From positions 745,080 to 777,079 of the forward strand of contig NC_006908.1 of assembly GCF_000008365.1 (NCBI RefSeq): DNA of 32,000 bases. The letters are read 5' to 3'. Under the pieces are notes generated by a model, which had not been told where the DNA came from, did not search any database, and saw only the letters and a program-made list of their open reading frames with translations. The translations under genes were made by a program, and so were the position numbers. Shown here piece after piece: positions 1-10,163 of the stretch (its first letter is position 1; each line of letters begins with the position of its first letter). The DNA comes from Mycoplasma mobile 163K. Its GTDB lineage: Bacteria; Bacillota_I; Bacilli_A; Mycoplasmatales; Metamycoplasmataceae.

Positions 1-8
1 TTTAATTT

Positions 9-221
9 TTATCTATCATCTTTTTCTATTTTTTTATCAAAGAACATAATTTTGTAAAAATTAGTTTCTCAGGGACAATATAAGCATTTTTTTAACCTAA
101 GAAGTAAATTTTGTATTGCTTTTTCTGATAGATAATCTTTTCTGTGATGATTGAAATATTCTGTGTTTTCTTTTTGTTTCAAATTCATATCATATGCTTT
201 TTTATTTGCAATTGAATCCAT
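9..221 (-). CDS. Hypothetical small protein (70 aa under code 4)
   Basis: ATG at 221, TAA at 9-11, one in-frame TGA read as Trp. Translation MDSIANKKAYDMNLKQKENTEYFNHHRKDYLSEKAIQNLLLRLKKCLYCPWETNFYKIMFFDKKIEKDDR. No family recognised. Absent from the ORF track because of the TGA. Confidence 0.3.
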
Positions 222-733
222 TTTTAACTAAAAATTATATAAAATTGTTTGGGGAGATGTTTTAACATAAAGTCGTTTTTACCTTTTAAAAATAAGCTTC
301 TTGTCATTTTTAGAATTATTATTTCCATTTTTAATTTTAAATCTTTTGAATGTTCATTTTTTTAAAATGAAAATATATAAAAATCTTTAAAAATTTCTAG
401 TATAGATTTTTTTAGTTTGTTTATTGATTTATTTAAATTTTCATTAGATGACTTGTTCAAAGATTAATATTTTCAACAAAAAAACAAATTTGTTTATTTA
501 GGAGTTTTTAATTGTTTCTTTTAAGAGTTTTCTCAAAAAATAGTCTCTTTGATTGTTTTTTGAGTTCTTCATGTATTTTATTTATTTTTTGATTTTAAAA
601 AAATCTTACTAAATTACAAAAGATATTTGTATTTTTAGTTATTAGTTTTAGAGGAATGAAATAAAAAATAAACAAGGAGACAAAGAAAATATTATTTTTC
701 TACAATTGAATAATATTATAAAATATAATAAAA

Positions 734-919
734 ATGATTAAAAAAACTCAAGAGGAATTAAAAAATTTAATGAATATTTCAAAAATTGAAGTTTACGAAA
801 TTTTACACAGTGGAAAGCAATGAGAATATAAAGTTAGTGGGGGAAATTATGGCTGAATCAAATACAACTTTAAAGAGCTTAGAAAAACTTATTTTGAGCA
901 TGAAAACTGATATAAGTAG
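734..919 (+). CDS. Hypothetical small protein, possible helix-turn-helix (61 aa under code 4)
   Basis: ATG 734, TAG 917-919, three in-frame TGA codons. MIKKTQEELKNLMNISKIEVYEILHSGKQWEYKVSGGNYGWIKYNFKELRKTYFEHENWYK. The segment NISKIEVYEILHSGK resembles an excisionase/MerR-type HTH. Overlaps the next ORF in a different frame. Confidence 0.3.
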
Positions 920-1055
920 CATTAAAGAAGATGTTAGTATTTTAAAATCAGATGTTAAATCTATTGATACTAGATTAAGTAATGTAGAAAAAGATGTTGC
1001 TTTAATAAAATCACTTCCTACAATTCAAAAAGAACTTAAAGTTAAAAATATTTAA
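849..1055 (+). CDS. Hypothetical small coiled-coil protein (68 aa)
   Basis: ATG 849 preceded by GGGGGA (SD-like), TAA stop at 1053-1055. MAESNTTLKSLEKLILSMKTDISSIKEDVSILKSDVKSIDTRLSNVEKDVALIKSLPTIQKELKVKNI has a heptad-like hydrophobic spacing. The track ORF 786..1055 uses an upstream TTG. Confidence 0.4.
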   Translation: MAESNTTLKSLEKLILSMKTDISSIKEDVSILKSDVKSIDTRLSNVEKDVALIKSLPTIQKELKVKNI

Positions 1056-1132
1056 TTTAAATACCTGTTGATATTTTGAGTATAAATAAATTGTAAATGT
1101 AAAAAAATTAAAATTAAATATTTATTATATTT

Positions 1133-1190
1133 CTTAAAAAATTTAAATAACAAATTAAAATCTTAAAAAATTTAAATAACAAATTAAAAT
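1133..1190. repeat. Perfect tandem duplication of a 29-bp unit (cttaaaaaatttaaataacaaattaaaat x2)
   Basis: Units 1133-1161 and 1162-1190 are identical when read directly from the sequence. Located in intergenic DNA. Confidence 0.85.
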
Positions 1191-1214
1191 CATATAAATT
1201 TTAATATTCAATAT

Positions 1215-1248
1215 AAAACCCACAACAAGAGTTTTTGTTGTGGGTTTT
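1215..1248. terminator. Bidirectional rho-independent terminator hairpin
   Basis: 14-bp perfect stem aaaacccacaacaa / ttgttgtgggtttt with loop gagttt. A/T runs on both sides. Sits between convergent genes ending at 1055 (+) and 1286 (-). Confidence 0.8.
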
Positions 1249-1285
1249 ATTTAAATTTTTATGACAATTAATGATATCTATTTAT

Positions 1286-2026
1286 CTAGTTTCTACCAGG
1301 AAATCCTGTAACTACAATAGTTTTTTCGAGTATTCTTCCGTTTTTAGAACCTATTAAGACAACACTTAATCTTCCTTCACCAAAATGCACACTACTCTGT
1401 ACATATCTTAATGAGAATTGAACTCCATTTTGAGGATTAGGAGTATTAACAATTTTATCAATACTTCATACATCATTTGATCAAGCTGGAGTTTTTCCAA
1501 AATCAGTTATACTTAGACTTGAAATTGTGTTTAATTCATTTTGAATATCTCTATCTACTGCAATATTAATTTGCTCTTGAATTTCTTCTGGACTAAGAAC
1601 TCTAAACCCATTTACAATAATTGTTTTTTCTTGAGTTAAATCACCAATAGAACCTACAAGAGTTACAACAACAAATCCACTTGTGTCACTACCACTAGCT
1701 GTTTCACTAATTTTTATAGAAAAACTTACACCATTAGAAGAAACTGGCACTTTAATAAAATCTGTAATATTTTGATTATTTACTTGTGAAGGTAAAGTAT
1801 TTTTTGCAACTTCAAAAATTTCTAAAGTATTAATTTTTTCAAGTTCATTTCCTAAAATATTTTTTTGTTGCTCAATTGTGATAATAGGATTAATTGGACC
1901 AACTGGACCTACTTCTTTAGGGGTTTTTGTTGCTACAATGCTTACTGGAACTATAATAACTGTGCTTCCTAAAACTGCTGCTGCTGTTCCTAAAAATAAA
2001 TTTGCTTTTTTCATAATAATGTACAC
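1286..2026 (-). CDS. Membrane-anchored surface protein, paralogue A (246 aa): N-terminal TM anchor, Pro-rich linker, one ~100-aa repeat module plus C-terminal module
   Basis: Track ORF 1481..2026 extended through TGA (1481-1483) to TAG at 1286-1288. N-terminus MKKANLFLGTAAAVLGSTVIIVPVSIVATK has no lipobox Cys. Modules carry TLPSxV ... NGVxF ... I(V/T)(N/D/T)GF, as I recall for the mycoplasma Lipoprotein_17-type domain. Confidence 0.8.
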
Positions 2027-2256
2027 TTTCTATATAAATAATTATATAATTACTAAAAATTTTTGCTTTTAAAATAATGTTTTTAACTATCCTTTAAAAG
2101 GATTTTAAAATTTAAGCTTATTTATATTGTCTAAATTTTAAAATTTTTATTTGTAATTAAAATAACAATAAAATTATAATTCTTTTATATTTAAATAGTT
2201 AAAATATTTATTTTTTTCTTATAAATTCACCTTTTAAGATTTGATACACTAAATAA

Positions 2257-2288
2257 AAAATTACAGCAAGAATTTTTGCTGTAATTTT
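2257..2288 (-). terminator. Rho-independent terminator downstream of paralogue B
   Basis: Stem aaaattacagcaa / ttgctgtaatttt with loop gaattt, flanked by A and T runs, about 20 nt past the stop at 2310. Confidence 0.7.
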
Positions 2289-2309
2289 TTAAATTAAGAT
2301 TTTGTGTTT

Positions 2310-3386
2310 TTAAACAGGGAATCCTGTAACTACAATAGTTTTACTAATTGTTCTTCCATTTTTAGAACCTGATAAAATAATACTAAATCTTCCTAAACCA
2401 AGATGAACACTACCATCTACATATTTTATTGAGAATTGAACTCCATTTTTACTTTGCGGAATATTAACAAGGCTTGTAGCGTTTCCTGATAAAACAGCAG
2501 TTTGTCAAGCAAGATTATTTGCAAGAGATGTTTTTTCTAAACTTGAAATTGAGTTTAATTCATTTTGAATATCTCTATCTGCTGCAATATTAATTTGTTC
2601 TTGAACTTCTTCTGGGCTAATAATTCTAAAACCATTTACAATAATTGTTTTTTCACTAGTTAAATCGCCAATAGAACCTGCAAGAGTTACAACAACAAAT
2701 CCACTTGTGTCACTACCACTAGCTGTTTCACTAATTTTTATAGAAAAACTTACACCATTAGAAGAAACTGGCACTTTGATAAAATCTGTAATATTTTGAT
2801 TATTTACTTGTGAAGGTAAAGTATTTTTTGCAACTTCAAAAGTTTCCAAAGTATTAATTTTTTCAAGTTCACTTCTTAAAATATTTTTTTGTTGTTCTTT
2901 AAGTTGAGCTCTTTCTTGCTCTGTTTGGAATCCATCAATAGTAATTTCTTTTTGAACAATAACATTTCCAATAGAACTAGTTACAATAATTACTAATTCT
3001 CCGGTAACATCATTTGCTCCATTTGGTTTTAAAGACACTTCAAAATTTACACCATTCACATTATCAATTTGAATAAAATCTTTAAGATTAGTTTCATTTA
3101 CTTCAGATGGTAAAGTATTAGGAATCTTATCTACATTAAGCATGATATTATTAGGTAAATTAGTTGTGCCAACAACTATAATACTTGGAATATTTCCTAA
3201 TTCTTTTTCTATTTGTTCTTTAATTTGTTGCTCAATTGGACTAATAGGATTAACTGGATCAACAGGACCTACTTCTTTAGGAGTTGTTTTTGTTGCTGCA
3301 ATACTAGCTGGAACTATAACAACTGTACTAACTAAAGTTGCTGCAGCCCCTGCTAAAAATAAATTTACTTTTTTCATATTTAACAC
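2310..3386 (-). CDS. Membrane-anchored surface protein, paralogue B (358 aa): two repeat modules plus C-terminal module
   Basis: Track ORF 2505..3386 extended through TGA (2505-2507) to TAA 2310-2312. SD-like agaaggtg and tataat (3400-3405, minus strand) lie upstream. Long stretches are near-identical to paralogues A and C. Confidence 0.85.
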
Positions 3387-3738
3387 CTTCTCTACTATTA
3401 TTATATCATTATTAATAAGAACTTTTTTTAATACAAGATTTTTAACAATGTTTTAAAATAGTTTTTAAATTTAGAATCTTTATACTAATAATCAAAATAT
3501 ATTTTTTGAATTAAATTATAAGAATATTTGCTTTTTGTTAAATTTATTATTTTCTTAAAATAAAATCTAAAAATTTTTATGTAATTAGAGCTACTCACAA
3601 AATTTCAATTAGTAATAATCAAGATATTTCTACTATTAGATTTACATAAAATCTTATTTAATAAGAAAAAATATATTAACTTTTTGAGTAAAAATTAAAA
3701 GTATTTTCAAGATCAAAAAAATTTGATATGTTCATTAA

Positions 3739-3768
3739 AAAATACAACAATAATTTTTGCTGTATTTT
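3739..3768 (-). terminator. Rho-independent terminator downstream of paralogue C (one stem mismatch)
   Basis: aatacaacaa / ttgctgtatt with loop taattt, then a T run. Homologous in position and sequence to the hairpin at 2257-2288. Confidence 0.6.
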
Positions 3769-3789
3769 TTAAATTAAGATTTTATGTTT

Positions 3790-5166
3790 TTAAACAGGAA
3801 ATCCTGTAATTTCAATAATTTTACTAATTGTTCTTCCGTTTTTAGAACCTATTAACTCAATTCTGAAATTTCCTAGACCAAAATGAACACTTCCATCTAC
3901 ATATCTCAATGAGAATTGAACTCCATTTTTGCTTTGTGGAATATTAACAAGGCTTGTAGCATTTCCTGATAAAACAGCAGTTTGTCAAGCAAGATTATTT
4001 GCAAGAGATGTTTTTTCTAAACTTGAAATTGAGTTTAATTCATTTTGAATATCTCTATCTGCTGCAATATTAATTTGTTCTTGAACTTCTTCTGGACTAA
4101 GAGCTCTAAACCCATTTACAATAATTGTTTTTCCTTGATTTAAATCACCAATAGAACCTACAAGAGTTACAACAACAAATCCATTTGTATCGCTACCGCT
4201 AGCTGTTTCACTAATTTTTATAGAAAAACTTACACCATTAGAAGAAACTGGCACTTTGATAAAATCTGTAATATTTTGATTATTTACTTGTGAAGGTAAA
4301 GTATTTTTTGCAACTTCAAAAATTTCTAAAGTATTAATTTTTTCAAGTTCACTTCTTAAAATGTTTTTTTGTTGTTCTTTTAATAATTGAGCTCTTTCTT
4401 GCTCTGTTTGGAATCCATCAATAGTAATTTCTTTTTGAACAATAACATTTCCAATAGAACTAGTTACAATAATTACTAATTCTCCAGTAACATCATTTGC
4501 TCCATTTGGTTTTAAAGATACTTCAAAATCTACACCATTAGAAGAAACTGGCACTTTGATAAAATCTGTAATATTTTGATTAGTTACTTCTGAAGGTAAA
4601 GTGTTTTTTGCAACTTCAAAAATTTCTAAAGTATTAATTTTTTCAAGTTCACTTTTTAAAATGTTTTCTTGTTGTTCTTTAAGTAATTGGGCTCTTTCTT
4701 GCTCTGTTTGGAATCCATCAATAGTAATTTCTTTTTGAACAATAACATTTCCAATAGAACTAGTTACAATAATTACTAATTCTCCGGTAACATCATTTGC
4801 TCCATTTGGCTTTAAAGATACTTCAAAATCTACACCATTTACATTATTAATTTGAATAAAATCTTTAAGGTTAGTTTCATTTACTTCAGATGGTAAAGTA
4901 TTAGGAAACTTATCTACATTAAGTATGATGTTATTAGGTAAATTAGTTGTACCAACAACTATAGTGCTTGGAATATTTTCTAGTTCTTTTTCTATTTGTT
5001 CTTTAATTTGTTGTTCAGTTGGATTAATAGGATTAACAGGCCCAACAGGATTAACAGGTCCTACTTCTTTAGTATTTTGGTTTGCTACAACACTAAGTGG
5101 AACTATAACAACTGTACTTGCTAAAGCTCCTGCTGTTACTCCTAAAAATAAATTTGCTTTTTTCAT
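3790..5166 (-). CDS. Membrane-anchored surface protein, paralogue C (458 aa): three repeat modules plus C-terminal module
   Basis: Track ORF 3985..5166 extended through TGA (3985-3987) to TAA 3790-3792. gagaaggtg SD and tataat upstream. Contains an internal 300-bp tandem repeat. Confidence 0.85.
4231..4839. repeat. Intragenic 300-bp (100-codon) tandem repeat, two units, inside paralogue C
   Basis: tacaccattagaagaaactggcactttgat... occurs at 4231 and 4531, and tacaccatt again at 4831. The units differ by only a few substitutions when read directly. Confidence 0.85.
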
Positions 5167-5488
5167 AATATTACACCTTCTCTAATATAATTATAGCATT
5201 ACTAAAAATTTTTTATGATTTAAAATTAGTTCTTGTTTGTTTTTAAAAATATAATATAACTTTTAAAAAACTTAGAAAATTTGATATTAATGTTTAATTT
5301 ATAGTTTGTCTTGCATGTATTTTTTCACAACAAAAACAATTAAAGTTTTTAAAAAATAGATAGCAAATTTCATCTAATTAAAATGTTAATTCATCTTAAT
5401 CTTATTTTGAATCAACTCAAATTTTAAATTTAGAGAATTAGAGAAAAAGGGACTAAAAGAATTCAAAAAAATATATAAAATTATAATT

Positions 5489-7225
5489 ATGAATCTTGAA
5501 GAAAAATATGAAAATAAAACAAAAGAAAAATTTCAAACAAAGAAAATTCAAATAAATGTACATTCTGAGGAAGAATATTTAAAAAAGCAAAAAGAATTTC
5601 TTGAAGAATTGGAACTTAATTGAGAAAAATTTGAAAAAGAGAACAAATTTCAATTTGATTATGACAACAAATATAAAGAAAAAATGAAAGATGAAAAATT
5701 AGGTTTTTATGAATTTGAGCTTAGTTTTAAAAGATCTCCATTGACAATTATTCATGCACCTTGAGGAACCGGAAAAACTTATTTTTTAGATTCTCTTGTA
5801 AAAAATTTTGTAGACAAAAAATTCGAAAATACAAAAATTGAAAGAATAATTTTTATCGATTTATGAAAATATTCTTATAGTGAATCTATAGATTTAGATA
5901 TTTCTAAGTCTTTTTACAAAAATGCTCCAATGTCTAGAAGAAAATTTAGGCAAAATGCCACAAAAGGGTTAGGATACGTTTCAAAATTCATTAATAATGC
6001 CTTGAATATTGTTGAAGCCACACCTGGTATTCCTAAACTAAACGGATTAAGTCAAGTACTAGATTTTAGTAAAATAGGTGATTATTTTTTGAAAGAAAAA
6101 GTTGTAAAACTTTTTTCTGTTGATGAAACAAGAAAATTAGTGATTCTTGACAATATTGAAAGACTAGGAGAAAATATTTGAGAAATATTTAAATTTATTT
6201 TTGAATTGCAAAGTTTAGAAAATAATATTTATCTATTACCAATGAATAAACAGTTTTTAATACACAAAAAAAATGAAAGTGGTGGAGAATATCAAATTCA
6301 AAAATTCATTGATATTTCTCCTTTTGAATTTAAACAAAACTATTTGGGTATTTTAACAAAATTTTTTCAAAGAGAAGGTAAACATTTTGAACATCTTAAA
6401 AATGACTTAAATAAGATATTAGAAATGGAAATAGAAGGACAAAAATTATCTATTAGAGAATTGGAACAAAATTTAAATTTAAACAAAGATTTATTGTTTA
6501 AGCAAGAAAGTAGATATAAATTTCTAAAAGCTTTTAACGAAACTATTTGAAATAATTGAAATTGGTTAAAAAAAATAATAAAAGAAGATTTTGAATTCAT
6601 TTTAAAAAATGAATTGGATTGAGCAAACAAAGTAGCTACAGTTAAAAATGAATACTTTTTAAATGATTTTTTTGTTTTTAATGATCACAATGATTTTTTT
6701 GCAAATTCATTTAATCGTTATTGTTTTGCAAATTCAAAAAATAATTTTTACAAAAAATTAGAAAAAGATATTTGTTCGCTTGACAATCTTAGATCTAATA
6801 ATTTCAATGAAGGGTTCAAAAAACTAGGAGAAATTTTAAATTCATATTTAGAACTATCAAATGAACAAGAAATTTCTATAAATGATTTTTTAGAAAGTAA
6901 ATGAAATGAAAATTTTAAATATGAAGAAATTATAATTAAAATCAATCATCTTACAATTTTAAAAAATAATTTCCAAGAAAAATGACAACAAAAAGATGAA
7001 GAAATTTCAAAAAGAAAATTTGAAATAGGAGAGTATTTTTTTGATGAAATTTTGAAGTATTTAAATAAATTGAAAATCCTTTTTGAAGAAAGAAATGAAA
7101 ATATTTCAAAAGAATTTGCTAATTCAAAATGAGAGAAAGACTTTTGAATAAAAAAAATTGAAGATAATAAAATAAAAGAAAAAATTACTGATAATGAGCT
7201 TTTTAGTATTTTAGAAAGTATTTAA
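5489..7225 (+). CDS. KAP-family-like P-loop NTPase (578 aa)
   Basis: Track ORFs 5930..6181 and 6206..6550 are in the same frame as ATG 5489. I translated codon by codon to TAA 7223-7225 and found only TGA interruptions. Walker A in KAP style IIHAPWGTGKTYF. Walker B-like KLVILDNIERL (compare DDLDR). Confidence 0.65.
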
Positions 7226-7321
7226 ATGTTAAAAATTAAATAAATTTAAATTATAGTTGCAATGAATTAAATTATATTAGATTCTATATATTAAAATACA
7301 TTTAATTAATGTAAAATAATA

Positions 7322-7441
7322 AAACTTTTTGAATTTTTTTCTGGAATTGGCGCAACTCATAAAGCTTTAATTAATAACAATCAAAAATTTTCTACTGTAG
7401 GAGTAAGTGAATGATTTACTGAAGCTATTATTGGCTATTAA
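7322..7441 (+). pseudogene. Remnant of a C5 DNA cytosine methyltransferase (N-terminal ~39 codons only)
   Basis: Translation KLFEFFSGIGATHKALINNNQKFSTVGVSEWFTEAIIGY* matches C5-MTase motif I (F-x-x-F-S-G-I-G-x) and the following sE-x-x motif region. TAA TAA lies immediately upstream. There is no start codon and no catalytic PC motif downstream. Confidence 0.6.
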
Positions 7442-7553
7442 CTTCATTGCCACTAAAATAATAATATAGAGGACAGTTTAAACAATCGTAAAGTAAAAAG
7501 TTCAGAGACTCTTAAAAGATCATGTTAAAAAATTTCATGGGAAACATTTAAAA

Positions 7554-8675
7554 TTATTTAATCAATAAATTATTATGAAATTTTAAATAAAATTTTGTTT
7601 CATCATTAAGTTTACTAATCGAAGGCTCATCTAATTTTAAATTATAAATTTCCAATTTATTATGAATTACTTTAGCAGAAATTAAAAATCCTTTTGAATT
7701 AAAAGATATATAGTGTTTATCAAATAGCGCATCGTGATTTGGGCATAGTAACAGACCATTGTTATAATTTCTAATTTCTTTATGTTTTTCAGATTTGCCT
7801 AATGATTTGTCTTTTACTATATTTTCAACTGATTTTATATGTGAAGCAACTAGTAATTCTTTTTCTGAAATATCGCAATATAAAATATCGCATTTTGAAG
7901 ATGCTTTTAAGAGACTATTTCTAAAATAAACTCTAATTGAATTTATATTTTGAAATTGTTTTAGTTTTAACTCTTCCATTTCATCTTCGTTATTATTTTC
8001 TTCTTCAGCTTCAAATAATTTATCAATTAATTTATCGAATTCTTCATTTTTATTATCATCAAAAAAATTTTGTGCTTCTTCTAAAAAAAATATATCTAAA
8101 TATTTAATCATGCTAGAATGAACAATATATGTGTTTTTTGTCCTGTTTAACTTTCAACTTTTATTATCTATTACTTCTTTTATATCTTTAAGAGATACCA
8201 TTCTAGAAGTGTTTTTCCTTCCTTTTGTCCTATTCTTGTAAGTTTTAATATTCGATCTTTTCACAATAAAATAAACGACATTTTTGACATCTAATTCAAT
8301 TGTTGAATCTAATTTTTTTAATAACGGAATGTATCCATTCATTACAATAAAATTTTCTTTTTCTTCAATAAACTTATTTTGTAGATATTTTCTACCAAGA
8401 GGAACTTCAATTTTTTGACTTTCTTTTCCTAATCCTCCATCATCTGAATGTTCAATAAAAATTTTATAATTTACATTTAAGAAAGAAATTGCGAAAAGTT
8501 TTGAAAATGAATTTTGAAAAATTTCTTTTTCAATTTTTGGATCTCTTTCTTTCAAAATATTAAAAAGATGATTGAAAAGTTCTTTTTCTCCTCCATATCC
8601 AAAAAAGGGGTGAACTTTATCGTCAAATAATTTCTCTATTTCAGAATTGATTATGTGATAGCGTACTTTAGACAT
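7554..8675 (-). CDS. HNH nuclease fusion protein (373 aa): unknown N-terminal domain plus C-terminal HNH_2-type domain
   Basis: Track ORFs 8154..8675 and 7554..8111 are in frame and joined by a single TGA (8154-8156), with a true TAA at 7554-7556. C-terminal motif ...SSKCDILYCDISEKELLVASHIKSV...NNGLLLCPNHDALFDKHYISF is the ASHI ... NG.LL ... H..FD pattern of HNH_2-type nucleases. Confidence 0.75.
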
Positions 8676-8802
8676 GATTATGCTCCTTTCTAATTTATAT
8701 TGTAAATTTTAATGAAGAAAATTATTTTATAACTATAAATAAAATTGTTTAATAACTTAAATGATTTTATTTATGTTAAGCTTTTTGAGAGGTTTTAACT
8801 AA

Positions 8803-10125
8803 GTGAATAATTTTAATAATGAAGACGACGATGAAAAATTAAATGAAAATTTTGTTCCTAAATCTCAAGGTCTAAAGGATTTTTTAGAACAGAAGAAGAA
8901 TTTTCAATTCGTAATTCCTATATATCAAAGAAACTACAATTGAGAAATTAGTAAACAAGTAAAAAAATTTATGGAAAGTTTTGAACATTTGTTTAAAGAA
9001 AAAAATGAAGAACATTTTTTAGGAACCCTAATTTTGATTTTAGGAAAAAAAGAGGAAATTCAAGAGTTATTTGTAATTGATGGTCAACAAAGATTAACAA
9101 CAACATTTCTTGCTTTTTTTGCAATTAGAAATCTTTTAAACGAAAATGCTAATGTTGAAAAATCTTTATTAAAAAAAATAAAAGAAGAATTGAATAAGAT
9201 TTTTTTCTCTAATAAAAAGAATCTCCTAAAAATTCATCCCGCAGTTGAGAGAGATAAGGTTTTTGAAAAAATTACTAGAAATTCTAAAAAAGAAGATTTT
9301 AACTCAGATGAAAAAACAACAAATATCTTTAAAGCATATGAATATTTCAAAAAGGAATTAAAAGGCTATATAAAAAATAATGAAGAAGAGTTGATGAAAA
9401 TTTTAAGAACTTTTAATAGAATGATTGTTGTTTCAATAGAAGTTAGAAAAAATGTAAATCAACAGAAACTTTTTGAAAGTATAAACTCAACTGGTGTTAA
9501 GCTTACAAATTTTGATTTAATAAAAAATTTTCTATTAATGAAACTTGAAACTAGAAAGGAGCAGGACCAAATATATAATGAGTATTGAAAAATATTGGAA
9601 AAAAACGTAACTATTTCGTCAGAAAAAAATCAAAGAAAATATAAATTAAACTTAAAAACTGATGAAATTGAATTAGAACATAAATTTAAAGGAAATGATT
9701 TTTTTAAATACTTTTTGTCAATTAAAGAGCATAAACATTATAGCGAAGAGAAATTTTATAATTCATTTAAAAAATGATTCGAAAATAAAGGAGAGGATTT
9801 CAATATTAAAAATGCTTTTGATGAATTAAAAAATTATTCTAATCTTTTCAACCAAATTTTTAAAAAAAGTAAAAATCCTAAAATTGAAGAAGAGTTAATA
9901 GAATATAGAAAAATGAATATTTATGCTGCTTCTCCTTTAATAATAGAAATGTTAAAATGGCATGATGATAAAGAAATATCGGCCAATTTATTTAATGATA
10001 TGTTAAAAGTTATAAATACTTATCTTGTAAGAAATGATATTTGTAATAATGGTGATAGATTAAAAAATATTTCCCAAACATTTCTTAAAATTTTAGAAGA
10101 ATTAGAAAATGTGAAAAAAATCTAA
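8803..10125 (+). CDS. DUF262 (GmrSD-like, ParB-type NTPase/nuclease) N-terminal part of a frameshifted gene
   Basis: GTG 8803 sits right after an in-frame TAA, with gagagg 12 nt upstream. Motifs FVIPIYQRNYNW and VIDGQQRLTT are the DUF262 signatures. TGAs at 8944, 9586 and 9775 read as Trp. The frame ends at TAA 10123-10125, immediately after an A7 run. Confidence 0.75.
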
Positions 10126-10163
10126 ATAATGTTTCTGGCGATAAAATTAAAATTTTACAAAAA

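Noticed and set aside
1878-5185. Plus-strand track ORFs 1878..2072, 3142..3456 and 4925..5185, antisense to the surface-protein genes
   Set aside because: These are mirror-frame shadows of the strongly supported minus-strand genes. Their translations are low-complexity (GLIGPTGPTSLG is the reverse-complement image of the Pro-rich linker), and they have no SD or independent signals.
6367-6945. Minus-strand ORFs 6367..6630 and 6748..6945 inside the KAP NTPase gene
   Set aside because: They are antisense to a continuous 578-codon frame with clear Walker motifs. Their composition (F/L/S/I/N-rich) is typical of AT-rich antisense frames.
7442-7553. Possible further methyltransferase remnants downstream of the dcm fragment
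   Set aside because: Translations in all three frames (for example KVQRLLKDHVKKFHGKHLKLFNQ*) show no C5-MTase motifs (PC, ENV, QRR, GN) that I can recognise. Treated as decayed spacer.
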